From NCBI GenBank assembly GCA_963665295.1, contig OY762209.1:1152001-1216000 (forward strand): 64,000 nucleotides of DNA. Reading direction: 5' to 3'. Each line of letters starts with the position of its first letter. The first letter of the stretch is position 1. Source of the stretch: Syntrophorhabdaceae bacterium (lineage in GTDB: Bacteria; Desulfobacterota; Syntrophorhabdia; Syntrophorhabdales; Syntrophorhabdaceae). A program made the translations under genes and the position numbers. The notes under the pieces were generated by a model. It was not told the origin of the DNA. It saw only the letters and a list, made by a program, of their open reading frames with translations, and did not search any database. Positions 49,713-59,893 of this stretch are shown here, piece after piece.

Positions 49713-50488
49713 AACCCCCTCATGGCTGTCACGGTTTCCGTCATGATGGCTTTTGTATGTTTTCCCATCTTGATATGGGCAAGAGGCTCGTCAAAGTCTT
49801 TCGGGTCAACAGGGGGAAGCACGGTGATACACACCCTGGCAGGCAGCATCCACCATCTCCCCGGCGGCAGCAGCACATCGGTGCCCGTGAGACAGAGGGG
49901 GAGAATTTTCGTGCCTGTCCGCAATGAAAGCTTGAATGCCCCCGAAAAGAAGCGCTGCATCTTTCCGTCCTTGCTTCTGTGCCCCTCGGGAAAAAACAGG
50001 ACCGACCCGCCTTCCGAGAGTATTCCGGCGCCCTTTTCGAGATATCCGGCGGCGCCGAGTGATTCCACGTTGAGGTAACCGGCAAGCCGCATGAACGGCG
50101 CATACCACGGCATCTTGAAGGGCCATGCGCGCACGGCCGCGGCGACATTGGTGAAGGGAAGCAAACCCATGCAGTAGAAATCAAAGAAAGAGAAATGGTT
50201 TATCACCATGACGTAAGGAGGCCCGATCACAACCTTCTCAAAGCCCCTTCTCTTGAACCTCACGAAGGGCGACGTTATGGCGACCCACCCTTTTCCGTAA
50301 AACCAGATAAAAAGGCGCATAATGCGGCCGCTACCCCAGTTTGTAAAGATCTTCCAGAAACCGAAAAGAAAAGGCATGGCCACGATCCCCAGCAAGGTCC
50401 AGAGGATAATCATGGGATAGACAAAGAGATTCATGGGGACAGACCAGAGAAGGGAGATGATACCCGGTTTCCTTACCGCCCGCCCCAC
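49709..50488 (-). CDS. PlsC-like acyltransferase
   Basis: NHFSFFD and FFPEGHRS. Confidence 0.9.
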   Translation of the reverse strand: MGRAVRKPGIISLLWSVPMNLFVYPMIILWTLLGIVAMPFLFGFWKIFTNWGSGRIMRLFIWFYGKGWVAITSPFVRFKRRGFEKVVIGPPYVMVINHFSFFDFYCMGLLPFTNVAAAVRAWPFKMPWYAPFMRLAGYLNVESLGAAGYLEKGAGILSEGGSVLFFPEGHRSKDGKMQRFFSGAFKLSLRTGTKILPLCLTGTDVLLPPGRWWMLPARVCITVLPPVDPKDFDEPLAHIKMGKHTKAIMTETVTAMRGL

Positions 50489-50494
50489 CCTGTT

Positions 50495-50776
50495 TCAGTC
50501 CTTAAGCGGTGCGCCCTGGGTCGATTCCAGGCCCTTCATCTTGTTGATCACGAACCGGTGAATGTCGCCAAGGGTAATGATCTCCCGGATCGCCCCCTCG
50601 TCCCGTATCTTGAATTTGAAGGCGTTCTCCAGCAGAATCACTGTATCCACCCTGTCCAGACTGTCCAGCCCAAGATCGTCATAGAGGTGAGCCTCGGGAA
50701 CCATCTTCTCCGGATCGAGTTCGAACTCTTCGGCAAGCGAGGCGTTTATCACCTCGATTATCTTCTCGTCGGTCAT
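50495..50776 (-). CDS. acyl carrier protein
   Basis: DLGLDSLD; GAGGAGG RBS. Confidence 0.92.
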   Translation of the reverse strand: MTDEKIIEVINASLAEEFELDPEKMVPEAHLYDDLGLDSLDRVDTVILLENAFKFKIRDEGAIREIITLGDIHRFVINKMKGLESTQGAPLKD

Positions 50777-50777
50777 G

Positions 50778-52004
50778 TCAATACCTCCTCAACACAGTGC
50801 ACGTGTTCACGCCGCCCAAGGCGAAATTATTTTTGATTGCTGTCTCTATGGGGGACTCCTCAACCTTGAAGATATGGGCAAGGTTTTCGCACAAGGGGTC
50901 GACGTTCTCCAGGTTGCGGGTGGGTATCAGGCAATTCCGGTTCATCATTCCGATTGTGGCGATGGCCTCCAAGGCCCCCGATGCCGCCATTGTATGTCCA
51001 AGGTGTCCCTTCAGACTGCTCACCCGCGCTTTACTGCCGAAAATTCTTCTTATGGCCTCGCCCTCCGAGATGTCCCCCAGGGTTGTGCCCGTGGCATGGG
51101 CATTCACATAGTCCACATCCCCGGGTTCAACGCCCGCGTCCAGAAGGGCCTGCCGGATACACGACTCTATGGAATCCGAGTGCGGATCGGCGATGTTGGC
51201 AGGGTCGGACACGGTGGCGAACCCGATCACTTCCGCGAGGATGGGAACGCCGCGGCTGAGCGCCGACTCCAGGGATTCCAGAAGGATAATGCCGGAGCCT
51301 TCAGCACAGACCACGCCGTCCCGGTTGAGGTCAAAAGGACGGGGCGTCATGTGGGGCCGGTCGTTATAGCTTGTTGACCCCGCATTGATAATGTCGAATG
51401 TAGCCGCTGAAAGGGGGTGAAACTCATCGGCCCCTCCGCAGAGCATGAAGTCCTGTTTTCCGAAGGCGATCATCTCATACCCGTACCCTATGGCCTGGTT
51501 TCCCGTTGAACAGGCCGACGACGGGGCGAACATCCTGCCTGTTATGCCCAGGACCTGAGCGACATTGGAAGCGCAGGAATGGTTCATGATCTGAAAGAAG
51601 AAGGTGGCCCGGGTGTTTTCGATAGTATTGCCGGGAATGAACTCCTTGTAGAAATCATGGGTAGCAATCGGGCTGCCCACGGTGGAGCCTATACAAAGTC
51701 CCATCCGGCCGCCCGAACAGTCCTGGCCGGTGATACGACCCGCGGCGCACGCCTCCCGGGCGGCCAAGGTGGCGTAAATGGACATATTCGACATGGAACG
51801 TCTGAACTTGCGGGGTATTTCCTTTGGATCTACACCGGTCACCAGCGCCGCTACCCTTGATCTCATGCCTCCTATGTGAGCGAGTTCCGGGACGGCCGTT
51901 ACGGCGCTTTTGCCTGCCATGAGCGCATCCATGAGCCCGTCGACGCCTACTCCAAAGGGCGATACGGAACCCATCCCGGTCACCACAACTCTTCTCATGC
52001 CCAT
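50778..52004 (-). CDS. beta-ketoacyl-ACP synthase (FabF-like)
   Basis: SACSTG, NAHATGT, KGHLGHT and NFALGG. Confidence 0.92.
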   Translation of the reverse strand: MGMRRVVVTGMGSVSPFGVGVDGLMDALMAGKSAVTAVPELAHIGGMRSRVAALVTGVDPKEIPRKFRRSMSNMSIYATLAAREACAAGRITGQDCSGGRMGLCIGSTVGSPIATHDFYKEFIPGNTIENTRATFFFQIMNHSCASNVAQVLGITGRMFAPSSACSTGNQAIGYGYEMIAFGKQDFMLCGGADEFHPLSAATFDIINAGSTSYNDRPHMTPRPFDLNRDGVVCAEGSGIILLESLESALSRGVPILAEVIGFATVSDPANIADPHSDSIESCIRQALLDAGVEPGDVDYVNAHATGTTLGDISEGEAIRRIFGSKARVSSLKGHLGHTMAASGALEAIATIGMMNRNCLIPTRNLENVDPLCENLAHIFKVEESPIETAIKNNFALGGVNTCTVLRRY

Positions 52005-53482
52005 CTTCTTATCTCCTCCATGAGTTTTTCGTGTCCAAAAATACTCCCGCACGCAAGGAACCCGGAGACCACGGCACCCATGATGCCCGGGGCAGTGATT
52101 GCCTGTCCTGCAAGGAAGAGGTTCCTTATCTTCGTCACGGGCATAGGGTTATACTGGTCAACCTTGTGTTTTACCCCATAGATGCTCCCCACGGGACTAT
52201 GGGTGTATCTCTTCAGGGTCAGCGGCGTCCCGCACTCCACGTGGGTTATCCTGTTTCTGAATTCCGGGGCCGAGGTTTCGAGGTGCGCAAGCATTCTCCC
52301 GGTCATGTCATCCTTATAGGATTTGTAGGCTTCTGAATCGTCTTCAGGGACGGAAGCCGACCAGTGTTCCGTTCCCATGTTCGGTTCCGGGCAGATAATG
52401 ATATATCCTTCCCGGGAAGTCGTGCCCCCATCCTGGGGCGCATGGGTTATAAAGAGCGGTCTTCCCTCCACGGGGCCGTTACCTTGAGGAATCGTAAGGC
52501 GGGGGGAAGGAAAGAGGAGGAGGTTTGTCCTGTCGAGGCCTTGCAAAGGACGATCGGTTTCCACATAGAGTATGATTGCCGAACCGGTATCTTCAAGGGT
52601 CTCAAGCCGTTTCCTGTAGATGGGGCGGAAGGCCGGACCGGGGACAAGCGGCAGGAGTTGCCGGGGATGTATGGTGGAGACACACCTCTCGCAGTGCAGG
52701 ACCTCATCATCACCAAAACGAAGGCCCGATACGGAGCGGTCCCCGGAAAGGATGATCTCTTTCACCTCCGAACCGGAGAAGACATCGACCCCCAACTCGG
52801 AGAGACGGGCATCGAAAGCCTCCGAGAGGCTTAAACCCCCGCCTTTTATGCCGTTGGCCGATTCATAATAAGATCCCGCAACGCAGGCATGACAGAGAAA
52901 AGAGACCTCCTCCGGATATACCCCATGAAGCAGGCAATGCATGGAAAGGATGCACTTGAGCATCTCATTGTCCGTTATCCTGTCGAGGAACTCCTTGAGA
53001 CTTTGCCCCTGTGCGGGGGGGAATCCCTGCATATCCACGCCGGCGTTGAGGTCGATGTAGGGCTGACACCGGTACGTATGCCTTACTGCCTCAAGGTAGA
53101 CGTCGATAGCCCGGACATCTCCCGGAAATGTCTCATGAAGCCTCTCGCGGATACGGTCATACCCGTAGGGAAAGGAGAATTCGAAGTGAGGATCGAGACA
53201 GCGGAAAGCATCGAACCCATCTTCATGAAAGGGGTATTTCTGTATTTTGCCGGACAGTCCAAGGTACCGGAAGAGGACGTCCAAGGGTTCTCCATCATTC
53301 AGGCCCCCCGTATAGTGAAAGCCCGTGTCGAAAAAAAGGCCTCTTCGGCTGAACCCCCTGATGGTGGGGGCCGTGGTGCGCCCTGTCTCCAGGAGGGCGG
53401 TGCGGTAGCCCGCTTTTGCCATGATAATGGCGGTGGTCATTCCGGATACGCCGCCGCCGATAACCGCACATCCGTAATTCAT
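51995..53482 (-). CDS. phytoene desaturase (CrtI)-like FAD oxidoreductase
   Basis: IGGGVSG, FDTGFHY, TPLT...Y..S..GSIYG and LFLAGQ. Confidence 0.88.
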   Translation of the reverse strand: MNYGCAVIGGGVSGMTTAIIMAKAGYRTALLETGRTTAPTIRGFSRRGLFFDTGFHYTGGLNDGEPLDVLFRYLGLSGKIQKYPFHEDGFDAFRCLDPHFEFSFPYGYDRIRERLHETFPGDVRAIDVYLEAVRHTYRCQPYIDLNAGVDMQGFPPAQGQSLKEFLDRITDNEMLKCILSMHCLLHGVYPEEVSFLCHACVAGSYYESANGIKGGGLSLSEAFDARLSELGVDVFSGSEVKEIILSGDRSVSGLRFGDDEVLHCERCVSTIHPRQLLPLVPGPAFRPIYRKRLETLEDTGSAIILYVETDRPLQGLDRTNLLLFPSPRLTIPQGNGPVEGRPLFITHAPQDGGTTSREGYIIICPEPNMGTEHWSASVPEDDSEAYKSYKDDMTGRMLAHLETSAPEFRNRITHVECGTPLTLKRYTHSPVGSIYGVKHKVDQYNPMPVTKIRNLFLAGQAITAPGIMGAVVSGFLACGSIFGHEKLMEEIRRWA

Positions 53483-54699
53483 GAGCCGAATCTCAGGATC
53501 AGGCAGGAGTTGGTGCCGCCGAACCCCGCGGAATTGCACAAAACCAGACGGGGCGGCCGGGAAACGGCCTCTCGCACGATATTCAGCCTTTCCGTGTATC
53601 GGTCGGGTTTTTCAAAATTGATGTTGGGCGCGATAAAACCGTGCTCGGCCATGATCGCCGAATAGACTACCTGGGAAGCGCCGGACATCCATAACTCGTG
53701 ACCTGTCATCGATTTTGTGGAAGAGACCAGGGGTCCTTCATCGCCGAAGACGGAAAGGATGCACGCTGCTTCAGCGGCATCCCCCAGGGGGGTCGAGGTG
53801 GCATGGGCACAGATATAGTCTATCTCGGAGGGTTTTACCCGGGCGCTGCTCAGCCCTCTTTGCATGGCGGCCGCAATGCCTTCTTCACTCGGAACCGAGA
53901 TGTTGTTTCCATCCGAAGAAAAGGCGTAGGAGAGGATTTCGCCGAGAATTCTTGCCCCTCTTTTCTCCGCCAGATCGTATCGCTCGAGTATGACTGCGGC
54001 GGCCCCTCCGCTTGGGACCAGACCGTCCCGGCTTTCGTCAAAGGGCCTGCAGGCGGCTTCGGGGTTGTCGATCCTTGTGGAAAAGGCGTTGATTCCATCG
54101 AAGCTGCACATGGACTCCCAACTGATCTCCTGGGCTCCCCCGCAAATTATTCGTTCCTGTCGTCCCAGGGCAATCAAGTCCGATGCCTGCCCCACTGCAT
54201 GACCTCCGCTGGAACACGCGGAGCTGATGGACCAGCACGCGCCCTTCGTTTTCAAAAGGGTATTCAGATTCATGGTTATTGTGGAGGTCATGGAGCGGAA
54301 GATAAGACCGCTGCCGATGCCCTTCGTATCTCCCTGGTCAAGGACGATTCTTGCCTGCTCGATGGCGGCTACACAGCTTGAGTCGCACCCGAAGATCAGG
54401 CCTGTTTCTCCATTCTGAATTTCCTCCGGGGCCAAACCGGACATGGCCAGGGCGTCCATTGCGGCGGTGTAGGTCTGGACCGCGAAGTCGGGCATGGTTT
54501 TGAGTTGTTTCCTTGAGAGACTGCGATGGGGGGCAAAGCCCTTTATCGCCCCTGTCAGGGGACTGCGAAACCCCAGTTCCCTTCTCTTTTCGTCGATAAC
54601 GATGCCGGATTTTCCCTGCCGAAGCGACATGCCGACAGTTTCTGAATCCGTGCCGAGACAGGAGATAATGCCGATGCCGGTTATGGCTACCCTGAACAT
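53479..54699 (-). CDS. beta-ketoacyl-ACP synthase (FabB/F-like)
   Basis: SACSSG, AHATST, KSMTGHE and SAGFGG. Confidence 0.92.
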   Translation of the reverse strand: MFRVAITGIGIISCLGTDSETVGMSLRQGKSGIVIDEKRRELGFRSPLTGAIKGFAPHRSLSRKQLKTMPDFAVQTYTAAMDALAMSGLAPEEIQNGETGLIFGCDSSCVAAIEQARIVLDQGDTKGIGSGLIFRSMTSTITMNLNTLLKTKGACWSISSACSSGGHAVGQASDLIALGRQERIICGGAQEISWESMCSFDGINAFSTRIDNPEAACRPFDESRDGLVPSGGAAAVILERYDLAEKRGARILGEILSYAFSSDGNNISVPSEEGIAAAMQRGLSSARVKPSEIDYICAHATSTPLGDAAEAACILSVFGDEGPLVSSTKSMTGHELWMSGASQVVYSAIMAEHGFIAPNINFEKPDRYTERLNIVREAVSRPPRLVLCNSAGFGGTNSCLILRFGS

Positions 54700-54801
54700 T
54701 TGACCCTCTCAATCCCCCTTTCTATCTGGTAATTCATATGACGGTTCCCCGGAGCGGTTACGGCAGGAGTATCTGTGCGGAGCGTGGCGCAGGAAAGCCA
54801 T

Positions 54802-55692
54802 TCATGGAAGGGCCCCGGCCAAGGGGAGGGAGGAGCCCGACGTGCCGGCCGCATAGGCGAGGAAGGAACGGTATGCGGTCTTCAGGGGGGCAAATTTGAA
54901 CTGTCGCGCGAGGTGTGACAGGTGGTGCTTGTATATACCGAAGTAGATCCCGTAAAAAGCGGCGCAGACCGAGCTGTATTTCCATGGATGCCTGTTGATC
55001 CCTTGAGGATGGATCTCAAAAGGGTGACAATAATAATTGAAGGGCATGCCCTTTCGGTTCAACCGCCGGTAATGGCGGATCTGGATAGCTATGGGCACGT
55101 AGGCGCAGAAAAGTCCTCCGTTAAAAGGAAAGTCACGCCCGAGCAGCCTGCGCGAGGTTACGGGAATGACAGCGAGAGAATCCTTGTACACGAAGGGGGT
55201 CATGTCTTCCGGACACCGCCCCAGGAACTTCAACAACGATGGCTGGGCGGTATTATCGACACGGTAACCCGCGGAGATGAGCTCATCGTAGGCCCAGGGC
55301 GTACGGGGCGTGATACCCCACTCAGGCGCCTTGTACGTGTCTACCTCCACGGAGAGGATATCCTCGAGCATCTTTTTGCTTATGAGGGCGTCCTCGCGAA
55401 AACCTTCCCTCTTTAACCGTTCGGGCACCATATGGGTGCAGCCGTGGGAGCCCACTTCATGACCGGCCCGGCCAATCTCCCTCACGAGGCGGGGGAAGCG
55501 CCGGGCCACATACCCCGGGACGAACATGGTGGCCCTGATACCCATCTCCGCCAATGATTCCAGCAGGGCGTAGGTCTCTTTCTCCACGAGGTCCCCGGAG
55601 GGCAGACATGTCCCGTTCCTCATATTGAGGCCATACGCCAGGTCATCGATGTCGAAACATAACGCGTTTACCAGATCAGGGATAGAGGCCAC
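54802..55692 (-). CDS. polysaccharide deacetylase family protein
   Basis: FDIDD, HEVGSHG..H, YKAP and YCHPFE. Confidence 0.83.
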   Translation of the reverse strand: MASIPDLVNALCFDIDDLAYGLNMRNGTCLPSGDLVEKETYALLESLAEMGIRATMFVPGYVARRFPRLVREIGRAGHEVGSHGCTHMVPERLKREGFREDALISKKMLEDILSVEVDTYKAPEWGITPRTPWAYDELISAGYRVDNTAQPSLLKFLGRCPEDMTPFVYKDSLAVIPVTSRRLLGRDFPFNGGLFCAYVPIAIQIRHYRRLNRKGMPFNYYCHPFEIHPQGINRHPWKYSSVCAAFYGIYFGIYKHHLSHLARQFKFAPLKTAYRSFLAYAAGTSGSSLPLAGALP

Positions 55693-55695
55693 CTC

Positions 55696-56424
55696 TCACC
55701 GGTACGCGCCGCCGTTCACGGAGATGACCTGACCCGTGATGTACGAGGCCCGCTCCGAGCAAAGGAAGCTCACCACCCCTGCCACCTCCATGGGCGTCCC
55801 ATAACGGCCCATGGGGATCATGGGCAGGACCTTGTCCTTGGGAAGGTCTTTTACCATTTCAGTATCTATGAAGCCGGGCGAGACTGCGTTGACAAGGACG
55901 TTCCGTCTTGCCACTTCCACGGCCAGGGCTTTCGTGGCACCTATAAGGCCTGCTTTTGCAGCGGCGTAATTTGTCTGACCCGCAACCCCGCTCTGTCCCG
56001 AGGTCGAGACAATGTTGATGATACGGCCCTCTCTTTTTCTGAGCATGTTGTTTATGACGGGCTTGGTTATGTGAAAGAAACCGCCGAGGCTGACGGAGAG
56101 GACATCGTCCCATTCCTCCTGTGTCATCCAGGCGAGGATCACATCCTTGCTGAAGCCTGCGTTATTGATAAGGGCATAAGGCGTTTCTTTCTCCAACAGG
56201 GGCAGAAGGTGCGCCTCGACGCCCTTCGGATCGGACACGTCGAAGGGGAGCAAAGTGCACCTCCGCCCTGCCTGCTCCACCGATCGCGCCACATTTGATG
56301 CCCCCTCGTGGTCGCTCCTGTAGTTCAGCCAGATGTCAAAACCGTCGCCGGCGAGGGCCGACGCCATCGCCGCCCCGATCCCTTTGCTTCCGCCCGTTAT
56401 CAATGCTATTCTGCCGGATGCCAT
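55696..56424 (-). CDS. fabG: 3-oxoacyl-ACP reductase (cluster-specific FabG)
   Basis: TGGSKGIG, NNAG, YAAAK and VSPGFI. Confidence 0.92.
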   Translation of the reverse strand: MASGRIALITGGSKGIGAAMASALAGDGFDIWLNYRSDHEGASNVARSVEQAGRRCTLLPFDVSDPKGVEAHLLPLLEKETPYALINNAGFSKDVILAWMTQEEWDDVLSVSLGGFFHITKPVINNMLRKREGRIINIVSTSGQSGVAGQTNYAAAKAGLIGATKALAVEVARRNVLVNAVSPGFIDTEMVKDLPKDKVLPMIPMGRYGTPMEVAGVVSFLCSERASYITGQVISVNGGAYR

Positions 56425-56444
56425 GTCCTTGTCCTGCGGGCTGT

Positions 56445-57023
56445 CTAGTCGATGATTTTGACTACTTTCCCTTTTGAATTGAATTCAACGGCGATGGACT
56501 TCCACCTGTTTGTCCAGTAATACCAGGTATTGCTGTCAAGGGAAGGGGTCTTGTGTACGGCAGGATAACCGAGGGCGATTCTCACCCCTTCTTTTGTCAT
56601 GCCCGTGTGCGCCTTTCCTTCCTTAATGCCCTTGAGGTCGATATGTGAGAAGCCGTTAAGGCTTACGGGCTGAGTCGATGTGATGACATTGATGTACTGC
56701 TCGTTGGTCATGCCCATTCTTTCTTCATCAAATTCAAAATTGATGGTTTGGTTGGTGTCCAGGGTTTCAATGGTCAGGTCCCTTCTCGAGGTCCATATCG
56801 ATACGGGCGTATTTACGGGGATTATTACATGTCCTGCGCCGGGGTCGGTCCAGTTTGAATAGGCTGCCCTTATTTCCTTCGGTTGCTTTTCAGCGTGGAT
56901 GTTATTCTTAAGGAACCTGGGGGCAACCTTGTCACCGTAATGAGTCGAACCGCCGCACCCGGCGAGACCCACAAGGAATAGACAACAGAGAATAAGGCAT
57001 ATGATTGTTTTGTGTGTGTGCAT
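56445..57023 (-). CDS. lipoprotein of unknown function; first gene of the minus-strand cluster
   Basis: Lipobox LAGC; C-terminal GMTKEGV..ALGYP...W.YW (SmpA/BamE-like); AGGAGG RBS. Confidence 0.78.
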   Translation of the reverse strand: MHTHKTIICLILCCLFLVGLAGCGGSTHYGDKVAPRFLKNNIHAEKQPKEIRAAYSNWTDPGAGHVIIPVNTPVSIWTSRRDLTIETLDTNQTINFEFDEERMGMTNEQYINVITSTQPVSLNGFSHIDLKGIKEGKAHTGMTKEGVRIALGYPAVHKTPSLDSNTWYYWTNRWKSIAVEFNSKGKVVKIID

Positions 57024-57526
57024 AGTTCCTCCTATGTATTTTGATTAAGATATAAGGGAGAAGTAACCGGCACCATGGTATACCTTCGGGTCGAGGTAAG
57101 CTACCGCCATTGGGGCAGGTCGCAAAACGCGCCGCGATACACAAAGGAAAGACAAAGGTCAATTTTGCGAGATATTCTCAGGAGCAGATCCCGCATCAGA
57201 AGATAGGATATGTAACATAGAACACCCCGCCAATACATGTTTATTAAGGGAAGTTTAGTAAAAAAGGCAGGAAAATGCAATAAATATTTGGGCGGAGCCC
57301 GGGTCTTTTCAGCGCATCCGGGCCGGCACACCGTAGCCCGGGGGCGCCGGCCCGGAACGATCCCACAGTAATGCAAAAAAAGACTTGTTCTGTCTCTCCG
57401 GGTGGGTGTAGAATCTCCCGAAAGGCGCGTGGGTGAGAAAAACACCCGCCGGGAACAGAACCGTAATGGACGAGTCCGGATTCGATGGTCAGTGTGGCCC
57501 GGTATACGGGCACCTGTGGCAATAGC

Positions 57527-59158
57527 ATGCGTGACGCCGACACGATCGTTATCGGGTCAGGTGCAGGGGGGCTTACTGCGGCTTTAGCTCTGGCCCAGGC
57601 AGGCGAAGGGGTGCTTGTCCTCGAGCAGCACACCCACCCCGGCGGATTATGTCACAGCTTCCGGCGCGGAGGCTATCGCTTCAGCCCCGGCGTCCATTAC
57701 ATCGGGCAACTTGGGCCCGGTGGATGGTTGCGGAGAATCTACGAGGGACTCGGCGTCGCGGACGACCTCGCCTTCTTTGAGATGAACCCCCAGGGGTTTG
57801 AACACATCCATGTGGGCCGTGAGGTTTTCGACCTTCCAAGCGGCAAGGCCGCCATGATCGAGCGTTTCAAGATGCGATTTCCGGATCAGGCCAAGGGAAT
57901 CGAAGAATATCTGTCTCTTCTCCACACGGTATGCGAGGAAATGGCGTGTATTCCGGAAGCCAGAAGCTTCATGGACTTTGCGACCATACCCTTCCGGACC
58001 TGGAATATGGGCCGGTACGGACTTTACAGTCTCGACCGCATCCTTCGCGACAGGATATCCGATCCGTTGCTGCGCGCTTTTCTGTCCATCCAGTGCGGCG
58101 ACCATGGGCTTCCCCCCTCCAAAATCCCCTTTATCATGCATGCGCCGGTGACGGGCCATTATATGGATGGCGCGTACTACCCCGCCGGTGGCGCGAGCGT
58201 CATCCCGGAAGCCATGATCCGGGGCCTTCGCAAAGAAGGCGGCGAGGTTCTGCTCTCGACGCCCGTGGAAAAGATACTTATTGAAAAAAGGGGAGGCAGG
58301 CGCCGTGCCGTCGGCGTTCGCCTCGACAACGGCACCGAGCTTCGCGCGGGCCGCGTGATCTCCAACGCGTCGCCCCACATCACGTACGATAGCCTCGTGG
58401 GCCGCGAGCATCTGAGCCTTCGCCTTCGACGAAAACTCGACCGGACGCGTTACTCGATAGCGGCTTTGACCCTTTTTCTGGCCACCGATATGGATCTCGA
58501 GTCCATGGGTCTGGATTCGGGAAACTACTGGTACACCCCCGACACCGATTTGGAGTCCGTCTTCACCCGTGCTCAAGACCCCGAAACGTTAAAGGACCAA
58601 CTCCCGAGCATTTTTTGCGGGATCACGAGCATCAAGGACCCGGGCAACTTTCATGACGGGCGCCATACCATCGAGGTGGTGCGTTTTCTGACCTATTCCG
58701 CCTTCAGCGCCTACGCGGGTTCCACATCGGGAAGACGCCCCGGGGATTACCTGGACCTCAAAGGCAGACTCACCAGGGCCATGCTGAACTCCCTGGAACG
58801 GATCATTCCGGGGATTACGGGCCGCATACTCTTCAGTGAGCTGGGAACCCCGCTCACCAACGAACACTATGTGCGCTCGACCCGGGGGTCCTGCTACGGA
58901 ACGGCAAAGGTCCTGAGCCAGATAGGCCCTTTCAGTTTCAAACAGTTCTCGGAGATCGACGATCTTTATCTTTGCGGGGCGAGCATTCTCCATGGGGTAT
59001 CGGGAGCAACCACGTCGGGGCTCACCCTCGTCGCGGCGATCCTCGGGTGTCGGCCGAGCGAACTGCTCAAGGTCAAGGGCCGGGACCTGCGGATATTCGC
59101 GTCCGGACGGCCCACGCCCCTTGACACTGCTCATCCCCGAATCTTAGGTTCCGGTTAA
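57527..59158 (+). CDS. phytoene desaturase-like FAD oxidoreductase
   Basis: IGSGAGG, PGVHY, YPAGG, GTPLT and LYLCG. Confidence 0.88.
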   Translation: MRDADTIVIGSGAGGLTAALALAQAGEGVLVLEQHTHPGGLCHSFRRGGYRFSPGVHYIGQLGPGGWLRRIYEGLGVADDLAFFEMNPQGFEHIHVGREVFDLPSGKAAMIERFKMRFPDQAKGIEEYLSLLHTVCEEMACIPEARSFMDFATIPFRTWNMGRYGLYSLDRILRDRISDPLLRAFLSIQCGDHGLPPSKIPFIMHAPVTGHYMDGAYYPAGGASVIPEAMIRGLRKEGGEVLLSTPVEKILIEKRGGRRRAVGVRLDNGTELRAGRVISNASPHITYDSLVGREHLSLRLRRKLDRTRYSIAALTLFLATDMDLESMGLDSGNYWYTPDTDLESVFTRAQDPETLKDQLPSIFCGITSIKDPGNFHDGRHTIEVVRFLTYSAFSAYAGSTSGRRPGDYLDLKGRLTRAMLNSLERIIPGITGRILFSELGTPLTNEHYVRSTRGSCYGTAKVLSQIGPFSFKQFSEIDDLYLCGASILHGVSGATTSGLTLVAAILGCRPSELLKVKGRDLRIFASGRPTPLDTAHPRILGSG

Positions 59159-59232
59159 TGACCGGCGGGATGTCATCAGCCCCGGGGAAGAAGGGCGGAC
59201 CACCCATATCACACGAAGAGGAGGAAACAGGA

Positions 59233-59697
59233 ATGAAGTCACGTGGATTTTCGACATTGGTCACCATACTCTGTGCCGGGGCAATCACAATTGCCGGGGC
59301 GACGTTTGGAAACAGTTTGCGGGCGGAAACCGTTCAGGGGACCGAGCCCGCGGCCCAGGAAAGGGAAGGGGTGACCGAGCCCGGTTCCAAGGGGCCGGAA
59401 GCATCCCAGGAAGGACAGCACCGGACTTTAAAGAAGGATGCGAAAAAGGCGCTCCGGGACCTCAATGAACAGATAGCGGTCCTCGGCAAGCAGGTCAAGG
59501 AACAGGGATCGAAGGCGGAATCGGGCGTAAAAGAGAGTTGGGATGATGTGAAGGAAAAGCAGCGTGCTGCAAAGCTGAAACTCAAGGAACTTTCTTCGGC
59601 CGGCAGAGAGGCCCGGGAAAAGGCAAAGTCGGACTTCAAGTCCGCCCTTGACGATCTCCGGAAGTCCTACGAAAAGACCGTATCCTACTTCAAGTAA
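59233..59697 (+). CDS. exported coiled-coil hypothetical protein
   Basis: GAGGA RBS; signal peptide; Lys/Glu-rich amphipathic helices. Confidence 0.72.
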   Translation: MKSRGFSTLVTILCAGAITIAGATFGNSLRAETVQGTEPAAQEREGVTEPGSKGPEASQEGQHRTLKKDAKKALRDLNEQIAVLGKQVKEQGSKAESGVKESWDDVKEKQRAAKLKLKELSSAGREAREKAKSDFKSALDDLRKSYEKTVSYFK

Positions 59698-59893
59698 GGA
59701 ATCCGGGCGCGGGCCGGGTCTGCGGCCCGGCCGCCGACGGTTCCCGGCTTGACGTCGTGTGTCGAGGATTACCGCTCCCGATCCGGGCTGCGCTCCTTGA
59801 GGTTCACCACCGTTTCCGGTTGAAGGATGTTCTGTTCTGTGATATCTGTGATAGTCGATGGAAGGGTGAATAATTCATATCGGGGAGGAGAGC

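Noticed and set aside
51995..59158. Carotenoid biosynthesis inferred from two phytoene desaturase-like genes
   Set aside because: There is no phytoene synthase or prenyltransferase nearby, and the context is ACP-dependent lipid synthesis.
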